Positions 41,148 to 54,732 of a DNA stretch of 64,000 nucleotides are shown one piece after another. Source of the DNA: Protoeuglena noctilucae (lineage: Eukaryota); NCBI GenBank assembly GCA_958009085.1, contig OY253680.1, positions 1 to 64,000 on the forward strand, given 5' to 3'. A program made the translations under genes and the position numbers. Position 1 is the first letter of the stretch. Every line of letters starts with the position of its first letter. The notes beneath the pieces were generated by a model that saw only the letters and a list, made by a program, of their open reading frames with translations, did not search any database and had not been told where the DNA came from.

Positions 41148-41593
41148 CGGCGGCGGGGGTTCAGGAGGACCCGGGGGCATCTCCCCAGGCGGTGCCCCAG
41201 GGCAGCGTGCTGGACTTGCCACTGGACGACGCCACGATTGCGGGGAACCTCCAAGGCTCCGTTGATTGACGCGGGGGGGTGGTGGATGTGGGGGTCAGGT
41301 CAGCCAGATGGCTGACACGCTACTGGCGCCAGTTGATGCCGGGTTTCGACGAGAGGCGGGCAAGATTGACCACTCTTGTCACTTGCTTGTTTGCTTGAGC
41401 TCATTCTCTACTCGCATCCGGGAGTGGGAGCGCCTCTGATTCGCGGCGGAGACCCACTGCAGCGACGCTGCGTAGCCAACCGGACACTCTCGTCGCGTGC
41501 AGCCTCTGGCGCGCGTTTCCTGCACTGACAGCAGTTTTAGTCGGTTGAAATTGGGCCGCGCACACCGCGGGCGGGGTCGGGGACGGCGGAGAG

Positions 41594-42317
41594 ATGGCGG
41601 ACGAGGCCACTGTGGTGAAGGAGCCGATGGATCTCATCCGGCTGAGCCTCGATGAGCGTGTTTACGTGAAGATTAGGGGCGAAAGGGAGCTGCGGGGGAG
41701 GATGCACGTGAGGGCCGCCCGCTGCGAAGCCGGGAGAGCAGGCCGGCTTGCATTGCTTTTCTCGGGGCATTGCAGCGGCTTTTGGAGGCCCGCAGAAAGC
41801 CAGCCTCATACGTAGTGTTTCAGAGATGCATCGACCGCTCGTCCTGGGCCTGAGAGTTTGCGAGGACTTCTCAGCGCGCCCATGTTGCCCAACTTTGGCC
41901 GTCTGTTCCGCAGGCGTACGATCAGCACCTCAATATAATCCTCGGGGAAGTGGAGGAGGTTGTGACCACCACAGAGGTGGACACCGAGACGTTTGAGGAG
42001 ATCGTCAAGACGGAAAAGAGGTGCGTGCCTTGTGTCGGCTTTTGACGCGCGTACGTATGCAGGGTGGGCCATCCCAGAGGAACTGGGCAAATGCTTGTTT
42101 CTTCTGTAGCTGTGTTGGGTGCATCTTTGGGATCGGGCCTTCAATGGCTCTGAATGCCTGCCGTGGGTTGCAACAGGGGAGCGGGCTGGGCCGATTTGTT
42201 GACAATTCGCAGCGAGGCCATTGTTCCATCCATCTTGACCCTCGCAGGACCATGGATTTCCTCTTCGTGCGTGGGGACATGGTGGTCTTGGTGTCGCCGA
42301 CCCTGCGCTCAACCTAG
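41594..42317 (+). CDS. LSM3: U6 snRNA-associated Sm-like protein LSm3 (3 exons)
   Basis: [44 protein letters not shown]...|[17 protein letters not shown]. Confidence 0.96.
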
Positions 42318-43227
42318 GACGCACTGGGGCCGTGTGGGGATGAAGCGCAGCGCTCGGGGTGTGGGAGCCGAACACTTAGAGCTCAATGGCACGTAGGTCC
42401 GCGTGCAACCGGCTTGAATCGTCGTGTCAGATTTCTCGTTTCGCCTCTCCTCGCGGATCCTCGTCAGCAGCGGATCGATGGGCACCGCCGTCATCGAGGA
42501 GGATGTTGTGAGAGCCCCGCGCGTGATGGCAGGCGCAGCGTTCGCCCAGCCCGGGGTCACCGCGCCCCAGCGGGCCGCCTCGAGGCAGGCGATTACGGAA
42601 GTTCCCTCTTCAGGGCGACGGAGAGGTCTCACGAAGCGCCATGCGGTTAAGACGGTGGCCGCGGCGGGCACGAATGACCGAGGGCGAGTCTCGGATCCCC
42701 CGGCCGGGCCCGAGGAGGGCACCCAGTGGAAGAAGTCGAACGAGTGGTTCTTCACGGAGCGCGGGATTAAGCAGTGGGTGCGTGCAGCGCGCCATCGAGC
42801 GCAGGGCCTCGCCCTGAACGCGGCACGTAGACGAGGCCCTTTCCTGATGGCTGGCGAGCGCGATGGGCGAGCCATTCGCTCTCATTTGATGGCATGGCCG
42901 CGGATTGGATCGATGGTGGGCCGGCGGGGGCGGGGATCGCCCTGGTTGGCCTGGCGCGGCGCCCGACCCGTACACCAGGAGGCTCTTTAGGGCCCCCGCA
43001 GCGCCGCGGATGCGCAGTGCTGGCTCGTCGGCCTGCCATTTTTTGTGATAATACGTTGGCAATAGCTGGGATGAGCTGTCGTCTCAGCGGGCGCCGGCCC
43101 GGGCGGCCGTGGCATCGCCAAATCCACGCGTCCCGTCGCGCCCCTCCCGCGGCGCGACCTCGCCCCCGCCGCCGCGGCCCGTGGTCCAGCGACGTCTCCA
43201 GCTCCATCGTCGCCGCAGGTCAAGGCG

Positions 43228-46200
43228 ATGGAGCTCGACAACCTCACGCCGGACATGCCGCACCTGATTGCCGACATGGGCATCCACTACGACCCCGCAA
43301 AGCTGGCCGCCGAGCTCAAGAAGAGGCCTACAGGTGCGATGAGGGATATTCTATTCGCACGTCCCGACACTGCGGTCTCCGGACCTCCCCGCTTGTACTG
43401 GGGCGGAGCTGCAGCGTCGGTCCATCCATCACGCCTCCCGGCTCTCCCCGCTCCGCAGACGTCTCGGCCCGCGCCGTCTTCGTGGCGTCGCGCTTAGGCG
43501 GTTTCATCGCCTCGCTGCTGCGCGACGTCGCCACGGGATCGATCGAGCGCAACATGCGCGAGCGTGCGCGCGAGCTCCGCGCCACCCTGGCCGAGCTCGG
43601 GCCCAGCTTCATCAAGATCGGCCAGGCCCTCTCCTCCCGCCCCGACCTCGTGCCGCGGGTACGTGCCTCGGGCCGGCCCTCGCACTGTCTGCCTGCGCAT
43701 CTTCACTCACCCCCGCATCGCACCCTCGCATCTCGCATCCGTGCCCCATCACACCGCACCCATTACACCCATCACCCATTCACCCCCCGCAGGTCTACTT
43801 GGAGGAACTGAGCGAGCTGCAGGACCGCCTGCCGCCCTTCAGCTCCACGATTGCCCGCGAGGTCATTCGTGAGGAGCTGGGCGCAGACCCCGAGACGCTA
43901 TTCGCGGAGCTGTCACCCGAGCCCGTCGCGGCCGCGTCGCTGGGGCAGGTGTACCGCGGCCGTCTGCGCACGGGGGAGGCGGTGGCGGTGAAGGTGCAGC
44001 GGCCGGGCATCGGGGAGAGCATCGCGGTGGACATGCTGCTGCTGCGGAGGCTCATGCAGGTCGTCGACTCGACGCTCACGCCGCAGGTGAGAGGGGTGGG
44101 GGTGGGGTGGGGTTACTGGGGTGGGGTAATACAGTTCGGCAGATCAGGGCAGGAGTTAAGAGGCAGGGAGGTTAGACTCTCTCGCTCTCGCCCTCTCTCT
44201 GTGTGCCTGGGGCCAGTCATTGTGAGTGCACGCACGCGTCCCCACCCACCCACTCACCGCACCCGCACCCTCACCACCGCAGCTGGGCATCGCGCAGCCG
44301 CTGACCCCCCTGGTGGATGAGTTCGCCGATAAGCTGTTCAAGGAGATGGACTACGTCATGGAGGGACGCAACTGCGAGAGGTTCCGGGAACTCTACTGCA
44401 CGCCGGCCTTACCCAGGTGAGGGGTGTGACTTGTCACTGGCAGGGGTGGGTGGGTTGCTTATAGGGTAAACCACGTCATTGAGGTGGTTAAAGAGTAAAA
44501 GGGATTGCGGGTATGGTTTTGTATCGAAAGCACTGCATTGGAAGCACTGTGATGAATCAGCCCCACCACAACCCCATCACCACCCTTCCCCCCCACGCCC
44601 CATGCTGCAGGGTGGGTACCCCCTCCATTTACTGGGACTTCACGAGTCGCCGTGTGTTGACGATGGAGTGGATTGAGGGGGTGAAATTGACGGACAAGGA
44701 GGGCATGCGGCGGCTGGGGCTGAGCGTGGTGGACTTCGTGGATGTGGGCATCGAGTGCACGCTGCGGTGAGGGGATCGGGAGTTTGAATGGTGGTAATCG
44801 AGTGTCGCCATGTGTTTTTGATGCAATGATGGCACGTGGGTGAAAGAACACACACAGCCATGTCTCTCATTACTCAATCACTCTCATATGCCCCTGCCAC
44901 TACCCCCTAGCCCCCCAGTCACCCCGTCGCCCCTCCCCCCCCTCCCCCCCAGTCAACTCCTGGAAGCCGGTTACTTCCACGCCGACCCCCACCCCGGCAA
45001 CCTCTTAGCCACCCGCGACGGGCGGCTGGTGTATCTGGATTTCGGCATGATGTCCGAAGCGCCCGAGAGGGCGAGGTATGCCCTCATCGCGCACGTCGTG
45101 CACCTGGTCAACCGGTGAGAGTGGGGGTGGGGGAGGTAGAGTGCGTGTGCGGTACAGGCCCTAACTAATCACGACCCACCACCCAATCTCCATCGCCCTT
45201 CTCAATCCTTCCACAGCGACTACGTGGCCACGACCCAGGACTGCTAGCATCAATAACAAACAAGAACAATGACTCACTCACCCCCCCATTCCCTTCCGCC
45301 CCCTTCAGCGACTACATGGCCATGACCCAGGACTACTACGCGTTGGACTTCATCGAGCCGGGCGTGGACACGACCCCCATCGCCCCCGCGCTGGCTGCCT
45401 TCTTTGACGACGTGCTGCAGGACTCGGTGTCCAAACTCAACTTCAAGGCCATCGTGGATGGGCTGGGGGACGTGCTGTTCCAGTTCCCATTCAAGGTGAG
45501 ATGGGTAGATGATACACAGTGGGGTGGGGTGGGATGTGGTGTTGAGTGAGCGATGTGCTGTGGAAAGACATGCACTGGTATGCTGTGCTCTTGCTTAGAC
45601 AGGTATGCTTGCTACGCCCTCCTCCTGTCGCCGTCATACGATCACTCATTCGCTCCATCGTCACTCTCCATCAACCCCAGGTCCCTGCTTACTACGCCCT
45701 CATCCTGCGCTCCCTCACGGTGCTGGAGGGCCTGGCGCTGTCGGCCGACCCCGACTACAAGCTCCTCGCCAAGGCGTACCCCTACATGGCCAAGAGGCTG
45801 CTCACCGATCCCAACCCGCAGCTGAGGTGAGAGATAGGGATGGTGACAGTGATGGTGATAGTGACAGTGATGGTGACAGTGATAGTGACAGTGATAGTGA
45901 TAGTGTGTGTGCATACCCCTACATGGCCAAGAGGCTGCTCACCGATCCCAACCCGCAGCTGAGGTGAGAGATGGTGGTAGTGGTGGTGGTGAGGGTAGCA
46001 GTGATGCATTCCCATACTTAGTACTTTGCATGCATGCCTAAGAAGCTACTCACCATTCGCCCCCACCCCTTCCCATCCCTGCTCTCTCCCCCATTCCAAC
46101 TCTCTTCCCCATTCCTTCTCATTTCCATTCCTAATCTCTCCCCCATTCCTGCACTCACCATCCCCCCTTCCCCCCCCTCCCCTCCCCCCCAGGCGCAGCC

Positions 46201-48969
46201 TAGAGGACATGCTGGTCAAGGACGGCAGCTTCCGGTGGTCGCGATTGGAGAACCTTTTGAAGGAGGGGGCCAAGTCATCCGACTACGACGCGGAGCAGCT
46301 GTGGCTGCTGGCGGAGTGGGTGCTGGGGGACCGGAAGAACGGAGTGCGGTGAGGGGGGTGGGGGCGATGGGGTGTTAACTAGGACGAGTGCGGATGTTGG
46401 GTGTAAGTAGTGACTTTGCATATAATGGACGCAGTCACAGTGCTAACTCACCTCCACACCCACCCCTCTCCACCACCTCACATCCCCACCCCACACAACC
46501 GCACCTCACCCATCCCCCCCCCCCCCACCCCCCCCAGCAAGCCCCTGGTCCGCGAGGCCATCAAAATCCTCGACGCCTACATCGCCGACGCCTGGCGGCA
46601 GCAGGCGGCGGCCACCTACGGCGCAGCACTGGCCGAGCGACTGCTGCCACGACAACCCCACGAGCGCGCTGATCGCGACCGCGCCCAATTGCTCATCGAC
46701 ACCCTCACCGCTCGCCTCGCGTCGCCACCCCCCCGCGGCTCGGGTCCCATGGGCACCCTGACCCCCGCCGAAGCCGCCTCGTTTCTGACGGAGACGCGCG
46801 AACGTGCTATGGCCACGTTCCCTCGACTGGACCGCGTGCTGAGGTCCCCCGGGGCCGTGGAGGCGATCAATGAGTTGTCGACGGGGCTGGCATCGAGGGG
46901 GGCGGCGCGGTTCGTCAAGCTTCTGATGCAGGGGATGGACCCGGCCGTGCAAGAGCGGATGGCGCAGGGGGTGGGGGTGGGGGCGGCGGGTGAGGATGAG
47001 TGACGATGATCAGTTATTAGAACACATGAGGTTGTTATCTGTATGTATGTCTCTATCTGTGGTAGATGTAGATGTTGACTGTGACAGTGGTGTGGGTGCA
47101 AGAGAGGGTGGCTGCAGGGGGTGGGGGTGGGGGCGGCGGGTGAGGAAAGGAGGAGAGGGGGGAGTTGAGGATGATGTCTCTGTGGTAGATATTTATCTGA
47201 GATTGGTATAGATGTGGACTGTCACAGTGGTGTGGGTGCAAGAGAGGGTGGCTGCAGGGGGTGGGGGTGGGGGCGGTGGGTGAGAGGGAGAGGAGGGGGG
47301 GTTGAGGATATCTGTATGTATACGTGACAGACAAAGATGTTGACTGTCGTGGTGTGGGTGTTGCGGTTTGATAGTCTGCCTCACGCCCACATCAAGCACT
47401 CACCGATATAACCCCACTCCTCTTTGGCACCCCCAGGCGGCCCCTTCAGCCCCGCCACCTCATCCCCGGGCATGTGGACACCCCCACAAGGCACCAACCC
47501 CTTCTCATCACCCAACCTCTTCACGTCTAACCCCTTCACATCGCCCATGCATTGGGCCAACCCCGGCAACACCAACGCCAACACTGCTGCGCAATCCCAC
47601 TCCCCCTTCTCGTGGCTGGGAGGGGCGGGGTTTGCGGAGGGGGGGTGTGGGGGCGAGGGCGTGCGGGAGTGGTGGAGGGGGGCGGGGGACATGAGTGGGA
47701 AGTCAAACAGTCAGGTGGGTGGATGGCGACTGTGTTGTGAGAATGTGTTGTGCTCGTGAGTATTGGATACTGATACTGATACAGTTTCTTATATGTAGAT
47801 ATGTGTGGCGCCGACGGAAGCACGTTTTGCGCACCGCAGGGCAGCCCTTCTGGCGCCGGCCGAAACGCCAGGACCGGCGATGCCAGTGCCAGTGCCAGTG
47901 CCAGTGCAAGCAGCAGCACTGCTGGTAACACCACAAGCAACAACAGCACCAACACCTGTAGCGGTGCTGGTACCAGCAACAGCAATGCCAGCAGCCACGC
48001 CAGCAATGGATGGGGCTTTTTCGAATCTCCTGCCCCCCATCCCTGGTCCCCTTGGGCCGGCAGGCCCAACTACGGGGCGCCTGGGACGATGGGGGAGGCG
48101 GGGCCACTGACGCAGGCACTGGTGAGGTTGACATTGGTTGCTAGTGGTTGCTAGTGGTTGCTATTTGATGCGTTGATGTTAGGGTGACGTTCACGGATAT
48201 TTATATTGATAGCGATAGTGACGCTGGCTACTGCATGATACACTTTATTTCTGATAATTGATCATCAACATCAATAACAATATCAATGTCAATATCAATC
48301 ACCAACGACACTCCCCTTTCCTCTCCCCAGGGCCTGGCGGCGTTCGGTGCGAGTGCGGCGGCTGAGGCTGCCCAGGCAGCGAGTGCGGCACTGCAGTCAC
48401 TGGCAATGGCAGCAGAGGGCGTGGAGATGGGCAGACAGGGGGGTGTGGGTGGTGTGGGTGACGTCGGTGGTGGGGCGGTGGGGGTGGGGGTGGCAGATGC
48501 GGGGAAAGCGAGCGCAGCTGCTGGGGTGGTTAATGGGGCTGCAGGGGTGGGAGCGAAGGGTGTGGCGGGTGCGGTTGCGGTGGGGGCGGCTGCAGAGGTG
48601 TCGCGCGTTCCAAACAACCAGCATGATACGAAGAGTAGTGCTGGCGTCAGTACCACCACTACTAGTACTACTGTAACTGTTACTGACAAGATCGACTCTT
48701 CTGTCGTCGAGAGTAATAGTAGTGGGCCAGGGCAGGGGCAGGAGAGGAGGCGCAGGGGTGGTGCGGTGGGGGGCAAGGGATCAAAGCGGGCGTGGGTGCG
48801 GAGGCGGGGCGGGGGTGGGGCGAAGAGGGGCGGTGGGGGTGGCAGTGCAAGTGGTGGGGAGGTGGGGGTGAAGAGGGGCGGGGGGGGTGGCAATGGGGGT
48901 GGCGGTGTGGGTGGCGGTGCGGGGCTGAAGAGGGGTGGTGGGGAGGAGGGGGTGGGTGGGGATGCGTGA
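43228..48969 (+). CDS. ABC1/UbiB atypical kinase (plastid ABC1K-like) with a low-complexity C-terminal extension; N-terminus unresolved
   Basis: [99 protein letters not shown] donor at 46989 joins further in-frame exons (47436-47713, ~47840-48121, 48331-48969), which are less certain. Confidence 0.9.
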
Positions 48970-49343
48970 GGGTGGAGTGGGGTTGTTTGCGAGGGTGAGG
49001 TGGCTGGTGGGTGGCGTGTGGGGCAGTGAGCAATGCCTGTCGCATGCGCGTATCACTCAGTAATATTCCTCACACCTGCGATGCTGTAATGATGCTTTCG
49101 CTGCCCGCCTATCATTGAAGCATGAGCAAAGCATTGCTTCGCACAATCTTCAACTGCCACCGCACCACGCACGGTTACGCAATGGAGTCACAGTAGGTAC
49201 TATCGTTAACGCAAACACTCAATTCCCTCTTTCACACGGCCATCCTGGTCATACTGGGTCCCTTGGACAGCCGCCCCTACAGTCACCCCCTTTCCTTTCC
49301 CTTTCTATTGATGCGGTTACTTTCACACACTTCAGTAACTCAT

Positions 49344-51793
49344 TCAAACAGCCATCCTGGTCATGCTGGCCCCCTTGGACGGCCCCCTCGTGACTGCCGC
49401 CCCCGCACCCCCTCTGCCCTTCCCTGGCTCAGATCGCATCGCAGCCTCCTTCGCTGCCCTCTCCTCCGCAAAACGCAGCTGGCGGTCCTGCTCCCTGCGA
49501 GGCAGGTGGGGGAGAGATGAGAGAAGGATTGCTTTCGTTACTATCACTACTCAAATCACTGCTCCCGGCGAGGTAGATGCGAAAGAGACGAGGGAATGAT
49601 TGAAATCGTTACAAGTACTCTGCATCAGCCCATCCAAATCCATCCCCATTCATCCACATCCACAGCGCTAAGACCATCCACAATCATCAACATTCAATCC
49701 CTCGCCTGTACTGTTCCCTCTTGGCCTGCATGAGCCCATCCAGCACGCTCTCTCGGTACGCGTCCGTCGCCTCGATCCCCGCCACGCGCTTGGCCGCCAG
49801 AATCTGCTCCTTCTTGTCAGAAACGGCCTCCTCGGGGTCGGGGAAGGTCTGGGGAGAAGGGGGGGGGACAATATGGGTGAGGGGGTGAGGGTAGTGGGTG
49901 GGGTATGTGGCGTGAGGGCGGTGGGCGAGTGTGGTAGGAGCGGCTCAGTGTTTGAAAGGTTATACAAAATACTTACTTACAATGCACTTCCCACCCAACA
50001 TCTAACAACCACTCATCCCCCATTCCCCACTCGCCTGCCCCACGTGCACCTCCCACGCCTTGATGACGTCCTTCGGGTCACCCCCCGCACCCCCCGGCGG
50101 AGCCCGGATCTTCTCGAAGCTGTCGCAGCCCGCCGGGATGAACAGCAGAGAGGCGGGGTCGGTGCGGAGCCCCTGCAGCAGCTTGCCGCTGCCCACCAGG
50201 GGGGGGTCGTAGAAGGCAAGGAAGTCGCACAGCGTGCGCACCAGGTCCTGCTGTTGCAGGTACAGCTGGCTGCGGGGGAGGGAGCGACGGGATGGAGAGG
50301 GTGATGATACTATTGATCTGATCGAGTTCTGTCGCCAGCCCTACCGTCTTTTCCTATTTCACCACCCCGCCCATCCCCATCGCTCCCCTGCCCCACCCCA
50401 CGATCACCCTCCCCAGTCGCCTGCTACCATGCTACCATCCCACCCAACCCCACACCCCCCAACCCTTCCCCTCGCCTGCTGGCATCGCTGCCCTTCCCCA
50501 TGGCCCCCAGATAGGCCAGCGTGGCTCCGTGGTAGTGGCACACGTATCGCAGAGCGTTCCCCAGCACCGCCCACATGTCAGACTCGTTCGGGGACCCCGC
50601 GATCTGGCGTTTCAGGACGTCGTGCTTGGTGCCGATCACTGCCACCTTTGGGGAAGGGGAGGGCGAGAGAGGAGGTGAGGAATGTGTGAGAGATGCTGTC
50701 AAGTGCGGGTGGCGAGAGCAGGGGTGTGAGAGATGCGAATGGAAGTGCAAACGCATTGGGGGCCCTTACTGGTACTGGTACTGGTACTGCAACCCCCTGC
50801 ATCTTCCTGCTGCCATGTACAGTTACTCAACAGTCAACACTCGCCTGCACCCCCAGGAAGTTGACGTTGGATGCGTCGGGGTTCTGCTTCCGCTGGGCGT
50901 CGAAGAACTTGTTCTTGGCCCTCTGACGCAGCTGCTGGGGGAGCCTGGGGGCGATTCAGAGGCAGGGAATCGTGATGCCATGCACACCCTGCCACCGTCA
51001 CCGCTCATATGTGCCCCATATAGACATCCATATCATACACACACTCACACGCACCCAAACATCCATGCCACCGTCCCCCCTCAGTCACTCACTTGTGCCC
51101 CTGCTCCTCAAGCTGCCGGTACACGACGTCGAGGCGGTCGCGCACCATCTGCAGCCGCTGCACCAGCGACGGCACGGCCTCCCGCGGCTTGCTGAGGTCC
51201 ACCGTGATGATCACGGCGCCGGTCGCGAGCTGCTTCGCCGGGAGCATCACGCGCGACGCCAGCTGCGCCACCACTTCGTCCGTGCCCGACAGCTCCCACA
51301 GGTGCGCCACGTCCTGCTTGTCCAGGTTCGCTGCGCGCAGGAATGAAATTTAAATAGGTTCGCCGCGCAGGGTGCGCCGGGAGACCTGCGAGAGGGCGCA
51401 GTGCGGAGACCGCAGAGTGCGCGCACCGGCAGTCTGCCCCGTGCGGAAGCCGTACTGCGCCGCGAAGCCGGGACCAGCCTCAAAGTCCTTACTAAGCATG
51501 ATGCGGTTCAGGATGGTCGATTTGCCCGACTTGGGCGGGCCGAGGATGTAGGTCGAGGACCTGCGAGCGTCACGGCGTGCGTCCCGCGGCTCGGAGCGTG
51601 CCGGCTTCGGGAGAAACGCAACGTCAACAGCTCCGTTGAGTCTCCGCAATGACCCCACCGACACAGCGCTCGCTCACTCTCGGCTCTTGGCGTTGCGCTC
51701 CGTCTCCTTCGCCGTCTCAATGGCCTTAGACCACAGCGTGCCCTCGCGCCGGATGGCGGGCACGAATGCCGGACGCGGCTTCGTCGCAGACAT
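49344..51793 (-). CDS. DYNC2LI1: Cytoplasmic dynein-2 light intermediate chain (retrograde IFT)
   Basis: N-terminal TLWSKA, P-loop GPPKSGKS, VAHLWELSG, IITVDLSKP, VIGTKHD, LRYVCHYHGATL, FIPAGCDSFEKI. 9 exons, four with GC donors. Confidence 0.85.
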
Positions 51794-52568
51794 GATGATG
51801 AACCGGTCTCAGCTGCTAAGGCCGAAGGCGGACCGCGGGCGGGGCGCCCAAGGCGCGGCCATGCCAAGGGGCCCCGTGGCGCAGCGGAGGTGCGGAGTCC
51901 CCGTCAGCGAAGCAAGAGACTTAGTTTCGACAAACACGAAGCCACAGCTCGGAGCGTTGGCCAGATACCGCTGTTGACGGGGCCAAACCAGTGCGTTCCT
52001 TGGTTCACGTCTCGTCTTTGTGCTCAAACACGCCAGCGATGACAGCGCGGGGGATGCGACCAGGTCACGGCGCCTGTGCGTGTGCTTCTGTCGCGACGCC
52101 AGGGCGTCGTGCCGGCCCATCAGCTGACCCGACGTGGAGTGCCAGTACACGGACATCTGGCGCCAAGTTTTCGCGCTTCACACGGACCCGCGTGGACCTC
52201 GCGCGTGTCAAATCGCACGAGCTGTCGATAAACGAGCTGCAGCGAGAGCATCAGTCCCTAAGGCCACTTCCAGGAGCGTCAAAACCATCGACCCAGCAGG
52301 TGGGAGTCCGCCCTCGCTCGCGCAACTCCATTGCAGGTTTGTTCGTCACATCTATGTCCGCTGAGCGTGGCCTTTGCCCGTTCCCGGCTCCTGCGCGCGC
52401 GTCGGGGGGGTCGGAAAGAGCCGTGCTTTTCGGCGGCCGGGGCCGCCCCAACGGTCGCCGATTGGAACTTCTCGGCCAGTCAGCGTGTTATAACGTCAAC
52501 AATGATTGCATTAGGAATGACGAGACTTCCCTTCGCGCCCTCCCAGAGCCGCGCCAGGTGGAGTCACG

Positions 52569-54195
52569 ATGGCGGTCCATCTCACCGCGCGCCTCGCGGA
52601 ATTTCCGGGCGTGTACCCGGAGTTCAAGGTGAAGGAAGATCGCGCAGTCGATGCGCTCCCACAGCGCGTCTCCCGCTCCCGCGCAGTCGCGCAGTGGCTG
52701 GTCTGCCACGGCGTGCCAGCTGGCACGCCCCCGTGCGGCCGCGTTAGGACCCAAAAGCGCCATCGCGCTCACCCGCACCATTTCTTCCCTCCCGCAGGAT
52801 GACTTAAAGGCCACGCGCCGGCCCAACGCGACGTCCCTGCCCCTCGGCGCCGCGAGCACCGCCCACCGCGGCTCGCCCGTCTCCCTCCCCGTCGTCGGCG
52901 ACAGCCGCTGCCCCAACCGCACCTCCCGGCCGTCCGCCGGCCACGCGGGGGACCTCCTCCCGTCCCCCGCGGACGCTACCCCCCGCCGCACCGGCACGCT
53001 TCGCGCGATGGCGGCGGGCAACCGCGTCGCGAGGGGCATTTCCGCGACTGAGTCCTCCTCTGCCGCCCGCGGCCCCTCGGCGTCCCCCGCGACCCCCATC
53101 GCGGACAAGTACGCGGCCATGAAGCAGGTCTTCGAGCGGCCCGAGTCCGCCACGCCCACTCGGCCCTCCCCCGCCAAGTTCTCCTCTTCTCCCGGTGAGC
53201 GCGCGGGGTGGGTGCTGTGTTGTGTTGTGTTGTGTTGGATGAGGTTGACGAGCTGCATGCATTCATTCAGCGCACGTGCGTGTACGTGTGCAGTATCATA
53301 AGTGTTACTGTAATTGTACCACCACTGATGACCGCGTTCACTTCACCCACCCTCCCTTCCTTGCAGGCCTGTTAGACGACCGCCGGCACCGCAACCCCTT
53401 CTCGCCCTCCCCCACCCGCGGCCCTTCCTTCGTCGTCGCCGGCGCCGACGCCGCCCCCGCGCCCCTCCGCCCCCACGCCGCCTCGAGCAGCCCCTCCCCC
53501 GTGCCACCCGCCACCCGCACCCTCCGCGCCGGCAGCCCCGACCGCCTCGGCTTCGGCCTCAAGCGCGACGCCCGCGCGCGCCCGTCCGCCGTCTACGAAT
53601 CCCCTGACTCCGCCGCTGCCGTGTTGGAGGCTCGCACGGGGTCCTTCCGCACGCGGGTGCCCAGCAAGCGCGCGTCGGCCGTGTCGACATCCGAACCCGA
53701 TACTGGGTTTAACCTCGGTGTAGGAAACGGCATGGGTCTGAATGTGGCGGGTAGCACCGTGTCCGGCGCGTTGTCGATCCAGGTCGGCTCCGGCCACGGG
53801 AAGGAGCAGAGCCGCAAGCAATGGTGGGTTGATCAGGCCGCGGCTCAGGCGGGCATTCCTTTAACTGAGGATCCCGCGGAGGCGTCGGGGCGGCACCGAG
53901 CCACGGATCCGGTGTACCGGGAGGGGCGGGGTGCGGGGGCGGGGGCGGGTGGGGTGGAGGTGGATGCGGGTCACAAGGCGGTGAAGGCGGGGTCGTCTCC
54001 TGTGCTCAAGCCGATCGCCAAGGCGTCGTTCCGGGGCATGCGGCCGTCCAAGCGCGGCGGGTGAGGGTCTGGGGGTGCGGGTGGGAGTGTGGGTGTGGGG
54101 GTGCGGGTGACATGTTGTGGTGTCTCATGGGCAGTCGGTGGATACCAACGCCTCACTCTCCGCCTCTCGCCACTTCCCGCAGGGAGCCATCGTGA
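52569..54195 (+). CDS. Hypothetical Ser/Pro/Arg-rich protein (orphan)
   Basis: Exons ~52569-52700, 52798-53194, 53368-54060, 54183-54195 are phase-compatible with canonical acceptors. No recognised domain. Confidence 0.55.
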
Positions 54196-54732
54196 GACAG
54201 ACGGGAACGTGCAAAGAGCTTCCCTGCAGCTTTGAAGGGAAAGGGAAGCTCACGGCTCTTCACAGTGCGCCCGCTTCCATGCCACGTTTCTTGCGTTCCT
54301 AAGCACTACTCACAGGGTCCTCGTGCTTTGCATGCTGCAGTGTCAGCATGCCATGCTTCCCACCCACCCAGCGCCCTCTCCAGCGCCTTGTCCTATCGCC
54401 GCGCGGCTGCACGATCGCCCAAGCGCGGCCACGTTTGGGCGAAACCACAAAGTGCCCAAGACCAATTTCGTCGCTCGCCGTCTCCCGCCCCATCGCTGTT
54501 TCTGACGCGAGGAGTGGTGTGGGTTTGCCTGCCATGCGCTGCCTCAGCCGTGTTTCCATGCTTGCTGAGCAAGGCTGGATAACAGATAGTGGGGCAAGTG
54601 ATTGAAATGTGATCCATTCAAACGCTAATCGCATTGCTAGTCGCAACACCCCTCACACATCTGACCCCCCCTGCTGTGCGTAATGACATCCTGCCTAGTT
54701 CTCTTGGCCCTGTGGGCGCACATTACATCCCA

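Noticed and set aside
47424..48969. Separate gene downstream of ABC1K
   Set aside because: No convincing start. The segments splice in phase onto the ABC1K donor at 46989, which is itself echoed twice in the following intron.
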